64,000 bases of DNA from an uncultured Myxococcales bacterium (GTDB lineage: Bacteria; Myxococcota_A; Polyangia; JAHFDS01): positions 12,608 through 76,607 of the forward strand of contig CAZQJC010000111.1 of the NCBI GenBank assembly GCA_964593795.1, given 5' to 3'. Under the pieces are notes generated by a model. The model worked only from the letters and a program-made list of their open reading frames with translations, searched no databases and was not told where the DNA came from. Below, one piece after another: positions 54,812 to 64,000 of the stretch (position 1 is the stretch's first letter; each line of letters begins with the position of its first letter). The position numbers were made by a program, and so were the translations under genes.

Positions 54812-55801
54812 TCAGCGGCGGCCCGAGACGGGGCCCGTTCCGATCACGGTGTCCCTGGGCGCCTTGACTTTCTGCGTCTCCGTCGGCTCGTCGCTGTCCG
54901 CGTCCTCTTCGCCGAGCGTCTCGTCGCTCGAGGACAGGATCGCGGCCCGCAGCTCCGACGCGGTCTGGTAGCGGTCGTCCGCCTTCTTCGCGAGCGCCCT
55001 CTTGATGACGCCCATCAGCGCTGGCGGGATCGTGCCCATGCCGTAGTCGGGCCGGAGCGGCGGCAGCGGATCCTCGCAGTGCTTGCGGTAGATCTCGCTG
55101 TTCTTCGCGCCGTCGAACGGCACGCGGCCAGCGAGCATCTCGTACATGATGATGCCGATCGCGTAGAGGTCGGCGCGGCCGTCGATGTCCTTGGCCAGCG
55201 TCTGCTCGGGCGCCATGTAGTAGGGGCTGCCGACCGCGAAGCCCGCCTGCGTCTTGTGCGCGACCGCGGTCGCGAACTTCGCCACGCCGAAGTCGAGCAG
55301 CTTGACGAAGTCAGGGATCCCGGCGCGCTCGATGAGATAGACGTTCTCCGGCTTGACGTCCCGGTGGACGACGCCCATCGCGTGCGCGGCGCCGAGCCCC
55401 GCGGCGAGCTGCGCGCCTATGTGCATCGCGCGCTCGGGCTTGATCCGCCGCTCGCGCATCAGCACCTGGCGGAGATCCTCGCCCTCGAGGAACTCCATGA
55501 TGTACGCGCAGCACCCGGTGTCCTTGTCGCGGATGAAGTCGTAGACCTCCACGAGGTTCTCGTGCGAGGCCTCGCCGGCCGCCTTGGCCTCGTGGAAGAA
55601 GCGCGACACCGCGTGCGAGTCGCGCGCGGCCTCGGCGGACAGCACCTTGACGGCGGCCTTGCGGCCGATCCGCGCGTGCTTCGCCAGGTAGATTCTCCCC
55701 ATCCCACCCTCGCCGATGAGCTTCTCCAGGCGGTAGGAGCCCATCAGCCGTCCGATCAGCGGATCCCAGGTGGTCTCAGCGGCCAAGACGCCTCCACGCA
55801 T
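54812..55801 (-). CDS. Cytoplasmic Ser/Thr protein kinase
   Basis: IGEGGMG, AAVK, HRDVKPEN, DFG, GSPYYMAPEQ; short acidic tail and no TM segment. Confidence 0.9.
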   Translation of the reverse strand: MRGGVLAAETTWDPLIGRLMGSYRLEKLIGEGGMGRIYLAKHARIGRKAAVKVLSAEAARDSHAVSRFFHEAKAAGEASHENLVEVYDFIRDKDTGCCAYIMEFLEGEDLRQVLMRERRIKPERAMHIGAQLAAGLGAAHAMGVVHRDVKPENVYLIERAGIPDFVKLLDFGVAKFATAVAHKTQAGFAVGSPYYMAPEQTLAKDIDGRADLYAIGIIMYEMLAGRVPFDGAKNSEIYRKHCEDPLPPLRPDYGMGTIPPALMGVIKRALAKKADDRYQTASELRAAILSSSDETLGEEDADSDEPTETQKVKAPRDTVIGTGPVSGRR

Positions 55802-55960
55802 GCACCCCAGCGATGCAGTTTAGGTGCCGTGCGTTTCCCATCTTATCATCGCAATCGCGCGATTCGCTGGGGTGAATCGTCAGGGTCGAAAGATCGCCGC
55901 TCGGGCCTGCAGACCCGGACGCGCCCACCTCGTCGCACATGCCACGCACCGGGCGGCAGG

Positions 55961-55989
55961 TTGACCGCGGCAGCTTCGAGCGCTAGGGT
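55961..55989 (+). promoter_or_regulatory. Sigma70-like promoter of rpoZ
   Basis: TTGACC-N17-TAGGGT, followed by an AGGAGG RBS. Confidence 0.6.
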
Positions 55990-56009
55990 CACGCACTTCA
56001 GGAGGTCCC

Positions 56010-56258
56010 GTGGCCCGAGTCACCGTAGAAGATTGCCTCGAGAAGGTCGGCAACCGGTTCGCCCTTGTGATCCTCGGCGCCGAGCGCGCGCGTCAGCTCG
56101 CCAAGGGCGGCGAGCCGCTGGTCGAGTGCGACAACAAGCCCGCCGTCACCGCTCTTCGCGAGATCGCCGAGGGCGAGGTCCGCTTCACCGAGGACGTCAG
56201 CGAGGTCGTCCGCAAGTACCTCATCGAGGTGCGCGCCCGCACCGCCGGCGGCAAGTAG
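56010..56258 (+). CDS. rpoZ: RNA polymerase omega subunit
   Basis: [29 protein letters not shown]. Confidence 0.97.
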   Translation: MARVTVEDCLEKVGNRFALVILGAERARQLAKGGEPLVECDNKPAVTALREIAEGEVRFTEDVSEVVRKYLIEVRARTAGGK

Positions 56259-56336
56259 CCGCCCGATCCCGCCTCGCGCGCGCCTGCCACCTGGCAAAAA
56301 CTAGCGGCGCCCGCGGGCGCCCCTTAGCATCCGGGC

Positions 56337-57206
56337 GTGATCCCCGAGCTGCGCAGCGCGCTCTTCTGGCACCTCTCCACCCGCGCCACCGGCGCGCTCC
56401 GCAGCCCCTGCAAGTCCAAGGTGGGCGCCGACGCGCCCGACGCCGCGATCTACCTGCGGCGCGGCTACGTCGTCGGCGTGGCCGCTCCGACCTCGACCGT
56501 GCGCCTCGGTGATCTGCTCCGCGCGGACGGCACCGTGACCGACGAGGAAGCCGAGCGCGGCCACGCCCGGGCGCGCGCCGAGAGCGGCCCCGGTGGACGC
56601 GCGCTCGTCGCGCTCGGCGCCGCCCAACCGGGGGACGTAGAGCGGGCGCTCAAGCGACAGACCGAGCTGCGCCTCGACGACGTCGCCGCCCACGCGGCCG
56701 GCCCGGTCGTGTTCGACGTCGCCGCGCAGCCGCCCGCGCAGCTCGCGATCCCGCCGCTGGCGCCGTGGCGCTGGCTGCGGGAGCGGGTCCGCCCGTTGCT
56801 CGACGAGGAGGCGCGACCACACATCCGCGCGCTCTTGCTGCGCGGGCAGCTCGAGATCCGCCCGAAGCCCCCGGGCGCGATGCTCGAGCCCGGCGACCGC
56901 GCCATCCTCGATCGCCTGCTCGCGGGCGAGTCGTCGCAGCTCGGCGCCGACCCGGCGGCCGTCGAGCTCTTCGCCATCTTCGACGCGTGCGGCGCGCTCG
57001 AGCTCAAGCTGGGCGAGGACCTCGACGCGCGAGAGATCCTCGGCGTGCGCCAGGGCGCCGACCGCACCGAGATCAAGAGCGCGTACCACCGCCTCGCGCG
57101 ATCGCTCCACCCGGACGCGCACCCCGGTGCCTCGGCGCGCGAGCGCGCCCGCTTCGCCGCCCGCTTCGCCGCCGCCACCGCCGCCTACCGCCAGCTCGTG
57201 CGGTAG
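56337..57206 (+). CDS. C-terminal J-domain protein with a DUF4388-like N-terminal region
   Basis: ILGV, EIKSAYHRLARSLHPD (HPD motif); N-terminal RLGDLL/ALVALG segment. Confidence 0.82.
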   Translation: MIPELRSALFWHLSTRATGALRSPCKSKVGADAPDAAIYLRRGYVVGVAAPTSTVRLGDLLRADGTVTDEEAERGHARARAESGPGGRALVALGAAQPGDVERALKRQTELRLDDVAAHAAGPVVFDVAAQPPAQLAIPPLAPWRWLRERVRPLLDEEARPHIRALLLRGQLEIRPKPPGAMLEPGDRAILDRLLAGESSQLGADPAAVELFAIFDACGALELKLGEDLDAREILGVRQGADRTEIKSAYHRLARSLHPDAHPGASARERARFAARFAAATAAYRQLVR

Positions 57207-57208
57207 GT

Positions 57209-57254
57209 GCGATCGGCGGCCTCGAGAGGCCGCCGCAGGCGGGGCGCGCCGCCC
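57209..57254. repeat. GGCGGCCT-N4-AGGCCGCC hairpin repeat, shared with the post-ftsA element
   Basis: 46 bp identical to 46897-46942 except for two loop bases; starts just after a stop codon. Confidence 0.8.
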
Positions 57255-57308
57255 GCCTCACCGCCGGTCATCCAGTCCCAAGGATCGCCTCAGTTGAGCC
57301 GGGACCGA

Positions 57309-57391
57309 CTGGCCCTGGCCCTGGTCTTGGCCCTGGTCCCTTCCGGCTCCGACGGAGATCGACCAGCACCAGGACCAAGGCCGAGACCAGG
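57309..57391. repeat. Imperfect inverted repeat built from 6-nt units (CCTGGY / RCCAGG)
   Basis: Left arm CCTGGTCTTGGCCCTGGTCC against the reverse complement of the right arm, CCTGGTCTCGGCCTTGGTCC. Confidence 0.65.
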
Positions 57392-57465
57392 TGGAGCGCG
57401 ACCGGGATCAACCGAGGCGAACCCTGGGATTAGAGCCCCTCCCGCAGGGGTGGTATCGTGCTCGC

Positions 57466-57936
57466 GTGGCCGCGGCTGGGATCCCCGCAAAGCACGTGTG
57501 CTTCCACCTGCGCGGCCAGCGCTTCGGCGCCGGGATCGATCACGTCAAGGAGACCGTCGAGCTCGGGCCGCTCACGCGCGTGTTCCGCGTCGACCGCTGC
57601 ATCGCGGGCGTGATGAGCCTGCGCGGCGACATCGTGGCGGTCATCGATCTCGCGCGCTTCCTCGGCCTGCCCGATGGCCCGCACGGCAAGCGCATCCTCA
57701 TCGCGCAGGTCGAGGAGGGCGGGCGCGAGCGCACCGCGGGGCTCCTCGTGGACCAGCTCGACGAGGTGCGCCTGCTCGACGAGGCGCAGATCCAGCCGGC
57801 GCCGCCGGCCATCGACGCCGCGGCCGCGGCCTACTTGCGCGGGGTGGTGTCGCTGCCGGAGGGGCCGCTCGGCGTGCTCGACCTGCCGCGCGTGATCTCG
57901 AGCGAGCGCTTCCGGCCGTACCGGAGGGTGGCGTGA
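57466..57936 (+). CDS. cheW: CheW-family coupling protein
   Basis: [35 protein letters not shown]. Start uncertain (GTG 57466, 6 nt after TATCGT). Confidence 0.88.
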   Translation: MAAAGIPAKHVCFHLRGQRFGAGIDHVKETVELGPLTRVFRVDRCIAGVMSLRGDIVAVIDLARFLGLPDGPHGKRILIAQVEEGGRERTAGLLVDQLDEVRLLDEAQIQPAPPAIDAAAAAYLRGVVSLPEGPLGVLDLPRVISSERFRPYRRVA

Positions 57937-57958
57937 AGAAAGCACCGAGAGGGAACCC

Positions 57959-59953
57959 ATGCGCGTGACCGACGCCGTCACTGGATTGACCGACGTGTCC
58001 GGGCGCTTCCGCCGGTCCCGCATCACGATCCGCAGCAAGATCACGGGCACCTGCGTCGTGCTCGCGCTCGTCATCATCGCGGGCAGCTTCGCTTGGTCGC
58101 GGCACCTCGCGATCAAGGCATCGCGCGGCGAGGGGCTCGAGCCGTACTTCTCGCGCTACCTCGGCTACCGGCAAGCGCAGGCGGAGCCCCTGCAGACCGC
58201 GGTCGAGCTCGTCGCGAGCGACGACGCGCTGCGCCGGGCCCTCGCCGAGGGCCCGCCGGAGGCCGTGCAGCGCGAGGTCGCGCGCGCGGTCGAGGCGCTC
58301 GGGCGCGGGCTGCGCCCCGACCTCATCGTGCTCCTCGACGCCAAGGGCAAGGTCCTCGCGGGTCAGGGCGGCATCAGCGAGGAGGACACCCGCGAGATGG
58401 GCGTGTTCTCCCACCTGCGGCAGGGCCTCGTGGTGCGCGATCAGCTCCTCGTCCAGGCGGGGCGCGCCTTCGCCGTGTGCGGCCAGGCGCTGCGCTCGGG
58501 CGACCGCACCGTGGGCATCCTCCTCGTCGGCGTGTCCGCGTCGCGCGACATGGACCTCTTCCGCAAGCAGAGCCACTCGGATCCCGAGCGCCAGGTGACC
58601 GTCGCGCTCGTGGCCAAGGATGCGGTGGTCGCGCAGGGCGATCCGTCACGCCAGAAGCTGATCGAGGAGGCGCTCGCGTCCACGGAGCGCGAGAGCTCGC
58701 ACGGGGGTACGCAGATCGTGCGGGTGTCGTCGGGCCAGGTGGACCTCTACGTGCACCAGGCGGATGGCCACGCGGGCCTCCTCTCGGGCGCGATCGGGCG
58801 CTACGTCCTCCTGCGCGATCGGCGCTACGTCGACGCGGAGCTGGCCGAGCTGCAGCGCACGTCGATCTGGCTCGGGGCCGCGGCCTGGGTGCTCGCGGCC
58901 CTCTTCGGCTACTGGCTCGCGCGCTGGATCGACCTGCCGATCCGCCGCTTCGTGGCCGCGACTGCCGAGATCGCGCACGGGCGCGGCGACCTCACCAAGC
59001 GCCTCGAGGTCGAGTCGAACGACGAGCTCGGGGATCTGGCGACGAACCTCAACGAGCTGTTCGAGCACCTGCGCGTGCTCGCCGCGCGCGTCCAGGTGGC
59101 GAGCCAGCAGGTGGGCTCGTCGAGCCAGGAGATCTCCGGCGCGTCCAAGCAGATGCTCGAGGGCGCCAAGGACCAGGCGCTCAAGATCGAGAGCACGACG
59201 GCGGCGGTCACCGAGCTCTCCGCGTCGATCCAGAGCGTGGCCACGAACGCCATCGAGGCCACCAAGGTGGCGCAGCAGTCGGGCGAGGCGGCCAAGGACG
59301 CGATCAAGCGCATGGCCGACATCCGTCACACCGTCGAGGAGGCGGGCGACAAGATCCGCCAGCTCGGCGAGAGCGGAAAGCGCATCGGCAACATCGTCGA
59401 GGTGATCCGCCAGATCAGCGAGCAGACGTCCCTGCTGGCGCTCAACGCCTCGATCGAGGCGGCGCACGCGGGCGAGCAGGGGCGCGGCTTCGCGGTGGTC
59501 GCCGACGAGGTGAGCTCGCTCGCGCGGCGCGTCGGCCAGAGCGCCAAGGACATCGAGGACCTCATCGCGACGATCAGCGAGCAGACGAGCGAGGCCGTGC
59601 GGTCGATGGAGACCGGCACGCAGGAGGTCGAGGGCGGCACCAAGCTCGTGACCGGCACGCTCGGCAACCTCGAGCAGATCGTCGAGGTCATCACGGACAC
59701 GGCGCGCCAGGTCCAGGAGCAGGCCGTCGTCTCCGACGAGATCGCGCGCAACATGGACGCGGTGCGGAAGATCGCGCAGGAGGTGCTGGCGTCGAGCGAG
59801 GAGGCTGTGATCCAGGGCGAGCAGCTAGCGGGCCTGTCCACCGAGCTCGACCGCTCGGTGCGCGGCTTCCAGGTGGACGAGGGCCAGCCGCCGGGTGAGG
59901 TGGCGGGCCGGCTGCCGCCACCGCGGCGCGCGCTCGAATCCAAGCGGTCGTGA
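57959..59953 (+). CDS. Methyl-accepting chemotaxis protein
   Basis: Two TM segments, HAMP (GDLTKR, DELGDL), [33 protein letters not shown]. Confidence 0.95.
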   Translation: MRVTDAVTGLTDVSGRFRRSRITIRSKITGTCVVLALVIIAGSFAWSRHLAIKASRGEGLEPYFSRYLGYRQAQAEPLQTAVELVASDDALRRALAEGPPEAVQREVARAVEALGRGLRPDLIVLLDAKGKVLAGQGGISEEDTREMGVFSHLRQGLVVRDQLLVQAGRAFAVCGQALRSGDRTVGILLVGVSASRDMDLFRKQSHSDPERQVTVALVAKDAVVAQGDPSRQKLIEEALASTERESSHGGTQIVRVSSGQVDLYVHQADGHAGLLSGAIGRYVLLRDRRYVDAELAELQRTSIWLGAAAWVLAALFGYWLARWIDLPIRRFVAATAEIAHGRGDLTKRLEVESNDELGDLATNLNELFEHLRVLAARVQVASQQVGSSSQEISGASKQMLEGAKDQALKIESTTAAVTELSASIQSVATNAIEATKVAQQSGEAAKDAIKRMADIRHTVEEAGDKIRQLGESGKRIGNIVEVIRQISEQTSLLALNASIEAAHAGEQGRGFAVVADEVSSLARRVGQSAKDIEDLIATISEQTSEAVRSMETGTQEVEGGTKLVTGTLGNLEQIVEVITDTARQVQEQAVVSDEIARNMDAVRKIAQEVLASSEEAVIQGEQLAGLSTELDRSVRGFQVDEGQPPGEVAGRLPPPRRALESKRS

Positions 59954-60729
59954 GCGCGGTGGCTGTGGCGCCCCCTCCGGATCGCTCGCCTGCGGCGAGG
60001 CCGAGCCCGGCGGCCCCGGCCCTCGAGCGCGTCCGGAGCGCGCTCGTTCGCCACGCCGGCATCGCGCCGCACCCGTGGCGCCTGCGCGATCGCGCGGCGG
60101 AGCGGGCGCTCGCGCGCGGTGTCCCCTTCGAGGCCTACGCCGCCGCCCTCGACCCCGCCGAGCTCGAGGCGCTCTTCGAGCGGCTGCGCGTCGCGCACAG
60201 CGGCTTCTTCCGCGACGCCACGGAATTCATCCGCCTTGGCGCATGGATTGCCGAGAGCCCAGGTGCGCGCGTCTGGTGCGCGGGTGTCGGCGAGGGCCAG
60301 GAGGCGTTCAGCTTCGCCGCGCTGGCGCCGCACGCGCGGGTGCTCGGCACGGACCTCTCGCGGCGAGCCATCGAGCACGCGCAGCGCGCGACCTATCCGC
60401 GCCAGGCCCTCGAGGCCGTGCCCCCCGCGTTTCGCGGTCGCCTGCTCGACGGGTCCGACGGAGGGGAGCGGGTGCGCCTCCCCGAGCGCGTGCGCGGCCG
60501 CGTGACGTTCGAGGTGCGGAACCTCCTCGGTCCCGCGCCCCCAGGCCCCTTCTCGCTCGTGGTGTGCCGGAACGTGCTCTACCACCTCGACGCGCAAGCC
60601 CGCGCCTCGGCGCTCGATCGGCTCGCCGGAGCGCTCGGCCCGTCAGGTCGGCTGTGGATCGGCGAGCGCGTGAGTCACCCGCTCCTCGAGCGGGTGGGCA
60701 GCGGCCTCTACGCGCGGGGCGCCCGATGA
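59950..60729 (+). CDS. cheR: CheR-type methyltransferase (divergent)
   Basis: [32 protein letters not shown]. Confidence 0.82.
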   Translation: MSAVAVAPPPDRSPAARPSPAAPALERVRSALVRHAGIAPHPWRLRDRAAERALARGVPFEAYAAALDPAELEALFERLRVAHSGFFRDATEFIRLGAWIAESPGARVWCAGVGEGQEAFSFAALAPHARVLGTDLSRRAIEHAQRATYPRQALEAVPPAFRGRLLDGSDGGERVRLPERVRGRVTFEVRNLLGPAPPGPFSLVVCRNVLYHLDAQARASALDRLAGALGPSGRLWIGERVSHPLLERVGSGLYARGAR

Positions 60730-63455
60730 GGGATCCGCTCTGGGCGCGCTTCCTGCCGGCGGCGCAGGCGTTCTCTCGCGCGGCCCGGGACTGGATCGGC
60801 ACCGCCGAGGCCGCGACGTCGGAGAGCGCGCGCGAGGTGCGGCGCAATCTGTTTGCGCTGCGGTGCGGCGCCGCCGCGATCGGCCTGTCGGATCTGGCGC
60901 ACACGGCGGGTCGCCTCGAGCGCCTCGTCGCAGCGGCCGCCGAACGCCGGACGGCCCGGAGGCGCGTGGACCCGGCCGTCGCCCTGCCCGCCGCGCGCGT
61001 CGCGGCCGAGGCGCTGTTCCAGGCGATCGACCGCGCCGACTCGGAGCGGCCCCGGCTCGACGACGACGCCCTCGAGCGGGCGATCTCGACCCTGCTCCCG
61101 TTCGCCGACGCCCTCGAGGGCGTCCCCTCGGCGCCGGTGCGCAAGACCGAGCCGCCGCCGGACGACTCGACGTGGAACCCGAGCGTCGAGGACGACATGG
61201 TCGAGGCGTTCCTCGAGGAAGCCGCCGAGCGCCTCGAGGCGCTCGCCGAGAAGCTCGTCCACCTGGAGGGCGATCCCGGCAACGCCGAGCTCGTGCGCGA
61301 GATCTTCCGCGACCTGCACACGCTCAAGGGAGGCTCGGCCTTCGTGGGCCTCGCGCGCATGAATCGCCTCGCGCACAAGGCGGAGGATCTCGTCGCCAAG
61401 GTGCGGGACGGCTCGCGCGGCGTCGACGCGGCCGTGGTGGACGTGCTGCTCGGGACGCTCGATTCCCTGCGTCAGATCCTCGATCGCGCGGCCCGCCGCG
61501 CGCCCATCGACGTCGCCGTGGAGGAGCTCATCGCGCGGCTCGAGGAGCCGGGCGCAGCGCCTCCGGCCCCGCCGCCGGGGGTGCCGCTGCGGCGCTCCGA
61601 GGATCCAGCACCGGCCCAAGCGCCGACGCGCCCCACGAGCGGCCCGCCCGCGCCCGTCGCGACGGCGACGGAGTCCGGCAAGCAGACGCTCCGCGTCGAC
61701 TTCGAGAAGCTCGACGACCTGCTGAACCTCGTCGGCGAGCTCGTGATCGGCAAGAACGCGCTCTCGCAGTCGGTGCTGGGTCTCGCGTCGCTCTCCCGCC
61801 TGCTCGGCGTGCACAAGCGCATCGTGCGGCGCGCGGGCCTCGCGGGCGACGTCTCGGGGGCCGAGCGCAAGGCCCTGCTGCGCGAGCTGGTGGAGGAGAT
61901 CGCGCGCACCGAGCGCGCCTTCGACGAGACGAGCCGCGGCATCGAGCGCGCTGGCGGGCGCCTCGACCGCATCAGCGGCAACCTGCGCGATCAGGTGATG
62001 AAGCTCCGCATGGTGCCCATCGCCCGCGTGTTCACGAAGTACCACCGCACGGTGCGTGACCTGTCGAAGCAGCTCGGCAAGAAGGTGCGGCTCGAGATCC
62101 AGGGCGGCGAGACCGAGCTCGACAAGATCCTGGTGGAGGCGCTCGACGGCCCCCTCATGCACCTCGTGCGGAACTCACTCGATCACGGCGTCGAGAGCGA
62201 GCACGCGCGCGTCTCCGCGGGAAAGCCCGCCGAGGGTGTGCTGACGCTCGCGGCGCACCAGCGCGGCAACCAGATCGTCGTCGAGGTCTCCGACGACGGC
62301 GCGGGCATCCCGCCGGAGAAGATCAAGGCCAAGGCGCTCGAGAAGGGGCTCGTCACGGCCGACGAGCTCGCGCGCATGGACGAGCGCCAGGTGCTCGAGC
62401 TCATCTTCCGCGCCGGCTTCTCGACGGCCGCGAAGGTCACGGACGTGTCCGGCCGCGGCGTCGGCATGGACGTGGTGCGCGAGGCGATCTCGCAGCTCAA
62501 GGGCACGGTGGACGTGTCGTCCACGCCGGGTGTCGGCAGCACCTTCACGATGAAGCTGCCGCTCACGCTCGCGATCATCCAGGTGCTGCTCGTGCGCGCC
62601 GGCGGAGAGACGCTGGCGCTGCCCATCGATCTCGTGCAACGCACGCTGCACGTCGAGCGCGGCGCCGTACGGCGCCTCTACGACCGCGACGTCATCGACG
62701 TCGCCGGCAAGCAGGTGCCGCTCCTGTCGCTGGCGCGCGCGCTCGACCTCGAGACCGGCGCCGACGCCTACGTCACGCCGATGGTGTCCGTGATCCTGGT
62801 CGACCTCTTCGGCGAGACGTTCGGCCTCGTCGCGGATCGCCTCGACGGCAAGCGCGAGATCGTCATCAAGAGCCTCGGCGATCTGCTCGAGAACGTGCGC
62901 GGCTGCGCCGGCGCGACGCTCGACGGCGAGAAGCCCGTCTTGATCCTGGACGTGCCGGCGGTGATCTCGCTCGCGCTCGAGACGACGCGGGGCGGCGAGC
63001 CCACGATGGCCGCGCCCGCCACGCGCGTCGGCGGCCCGCGCATCCTCGTCGTCGACGACTCCGACATGGTGCGCGACACGGTCGCCCGCGCCCTGCGCTC
63101 GGTCGGCTACGCGGTCGTCGAGGCGGCCGACGGCGTGGACGGCCTCGCCGCGGCCACCGCCGCGGCCAGCGCCGGGCGGCCCTTCGACCTCGTGACGAGC
63201 GACGTGATGATGCCGCGCATGGACGGCTACGACCTCGCGCGGGCCCTGCGCGCCACCTCGGCCTACGCGGCCGTGCCCATCGTGATGCTGACGAGCCGAG
63301 GCGAGACGATCGACCGCATCCGCGGCTTCGACGCGGGGGTGAGCGAGTACCTGGTCAAGCCGGTCGACCGCGCCGAGCTCCTGCGCGCGGTATCGCGGCA
63401 GCTCGAGGCACGACGCGGCGCCGCCGACGGAGACGCAGAGGTAGGGACGCCATGA
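60726..63455 (+). CDS. cheA: Hybrid CheA histidine kinase with an extra pseudo-Hpt domain and a C-terminal receiver domain
   Basis: LHTLKG Hpt, DDLLNLVGELV, HLVRNSLDHG, DDGAG, GRGVGMDV, CheW-like domain, REC (VVDDS, SDVMMP, VKP). Confidence 0.95.
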   Translation: MRDPLWARFLPAAQAFSRAARDWIGTAEAATSESAREVRRNLFALRCGAAAIGLSDLAHTAGRLERLVAAAAERRTARRRVDPAVALPAARVAAEALFQAIDRADSERPRLDDDALERAISTLLPFADALEGVPSAPVRKTEPPPDDSTWNPSVEDDMVEAFLEEAAERLEALAEKLVHLEGDPGNAELVREIFRDLHTLKGGSAFVGLARMNRLAHKAEDLVAKVRDGSRGVDAAVVDVLLGTLDSLRQILDRAARRAPIDVAVEELIARLEEPGAAPPAPPPGVPLRRSEDPAPAQAPTRPTSGPPAPVATATESGKQTLRVDFEKLDDLLNLVGELVIGKNALSQSVLGLASLSRLLGVHKRIVRRAGLAGDVSGAERKALLRELVEEIARTERAFDETSRGIERAGGRLDRISGNLRDQVMKLRMVPIARVFTKYHRTVRDLSKQLGKKVRLEIQGGETELDKILVEALDGPLMHLVRNSLDHGVESEHARVSAGKPAEGVLTLAAHQRGNQIVVEVSDDGAGIPPEKIKAKALEKGLVTADELARMDERQVLELIFRAGFSTAAKVTDVSGRGVGMDVVREAISQLKGTVDVSSTPGVGSTFTMKLPLTLAIIQVLLVRAGGETLALPIDLVQRTLHVERGAVRRLYDRDVIDVAGKQVPLLSLARALDLETGADAYVTPMVSVILVDLFGETFGLVADRLDGKREIVIKSLGDLLENVRGCAGATLDGEKPVLILDVPAVISLALETTRGGEPTMAAPATRVGGPRILVVDDSDMVRDTVARALRSVGYAVVEAADGVDGLAAATAAASAGRPFDLVTSDVMMPRMDGYDLARALRATSAYAAVPIVMLTSRGETIDRIRGFDAGVSEYLVKPVDRAELLRAVSRQLEARRGAADGDAEVGTP

Positions 63456-64000
63456 CCGAGCCTCCTCCGATGGGACGGCAGCGCACGTTCGACCCGCCGA
63501 GCGAGCGGCTCGCGGTCCTGTTCTGCGTCGAGCCCGTCGTGCCCGAGCTGCTCGAGCCCACGCTGCGCGAGGCCGGCTTCTACGTCGAGCACGCGGCCGA
63601 TCGCGAGGGTCTCTTCGCCCTGTGCGGAGCGCGCGCGCCGCAGGTGGTGCTCCTGTGCTGCGAGGACGCGCCCGCGGTCACCACGCGGCTGCGCGGAGAG
63701 GCCTCGACCCGCGAGGTGCCGATCGTCGTGGTCTCGCCCGACGAGGACGACCGCGTGCTCGCCCGCTCGGCGCAGGCGGGCGGCTTCCTCGTCGTGCCGT
63801 TCTCGGCGACCGAGGCGCGCGAGGTGCTCTCCGCCGCCACGCGCAAGCGGCGCGTGGTGCTCCTCGCGGACGACTCACCGCTCATCCACAAGCACACGAC
63901 GCCCATCCTCGAGGAGGCCGGCTACACGGTGGTCTCGGCCCTCGACGGCGAGGAGGGGCTCGCGCGCGCGCGCGAGGAGGTGCCCGACCTCGTCATCAGC
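63452..64000 (+). CDS. Multi-receiver-domain response regulator, 3'-truncated by the window edge
   Basis: My own translation from ATG 63452 (ATGA overlap). First REC-like domain lacks the acidic residues (VLFCVEP, VVLLCCE); the second begins VLLADDS...PDLVIS. Frame is open to the edge. Confidence 0.8.
   Translation, partial: MTEPPPMGRQRTFDPPSERLAVLFCVEPVVPELLEPTLREAGFYVEHAADREGLFALCGARAPQVVLLCCEDAPAVTTRLRGEASTREVPIVVVSPDEDDRVLARSAQAGGFLVVPFSATEAREVLSAATRKRRVVLLADDSPLIHKHTTPILEEAGYTVVSALDGEEGLARAREEVPDLVIS

Overview
A very GC-rich chromosomal window from a Myxococcota-like bacterium. That assignment is inferred from the many Ser/Thr kinases, Gly-rich lipoproteins, FHA/PEGA/TPR proteins and a CheA-REC chemosensory operon. 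The backbone is argH-lysA, a dcw cluster (mraZ rsmH ftsL ftsI murE murF mraY murD | ftsW murG | murC murB | ddl ftsQ ftsA), asd, rpoZ and the start of a chemosensory operon. The dcw cluster is interrupted three times, and no ftsZ follows ftsA. The most interesting accessory locus (48459-52633) is a translationally coupled operon. It encodes a lipoprotein, three tandem ~235-aa twin-arginine-signal paralogues with conserved Cys motifs, a DUF692/MNIO multinuclear iron oxidase with its iron ligands intact, and a small helical partner. This is a candidate new MNIO system acting on folded, Tat-exported protein substrates. Other notable items: a copper/haem lipoprotein island between murG and murC; a papain-fold lipoprotein inside dcw; a Fic protein lacking its catalytic His, head-to-head with mraZ; a kinase-ATPase gene split by one in-frame TAG; a pair of unknown paralogous lipoproteins; several dispersed hairpin repeat families; and repeated signs of leaderless transcription. 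I saw no rRNA, tRNA, CRISPR array, transposase or integrase. All family assignments come from reading motifs by eye; no database search was run.
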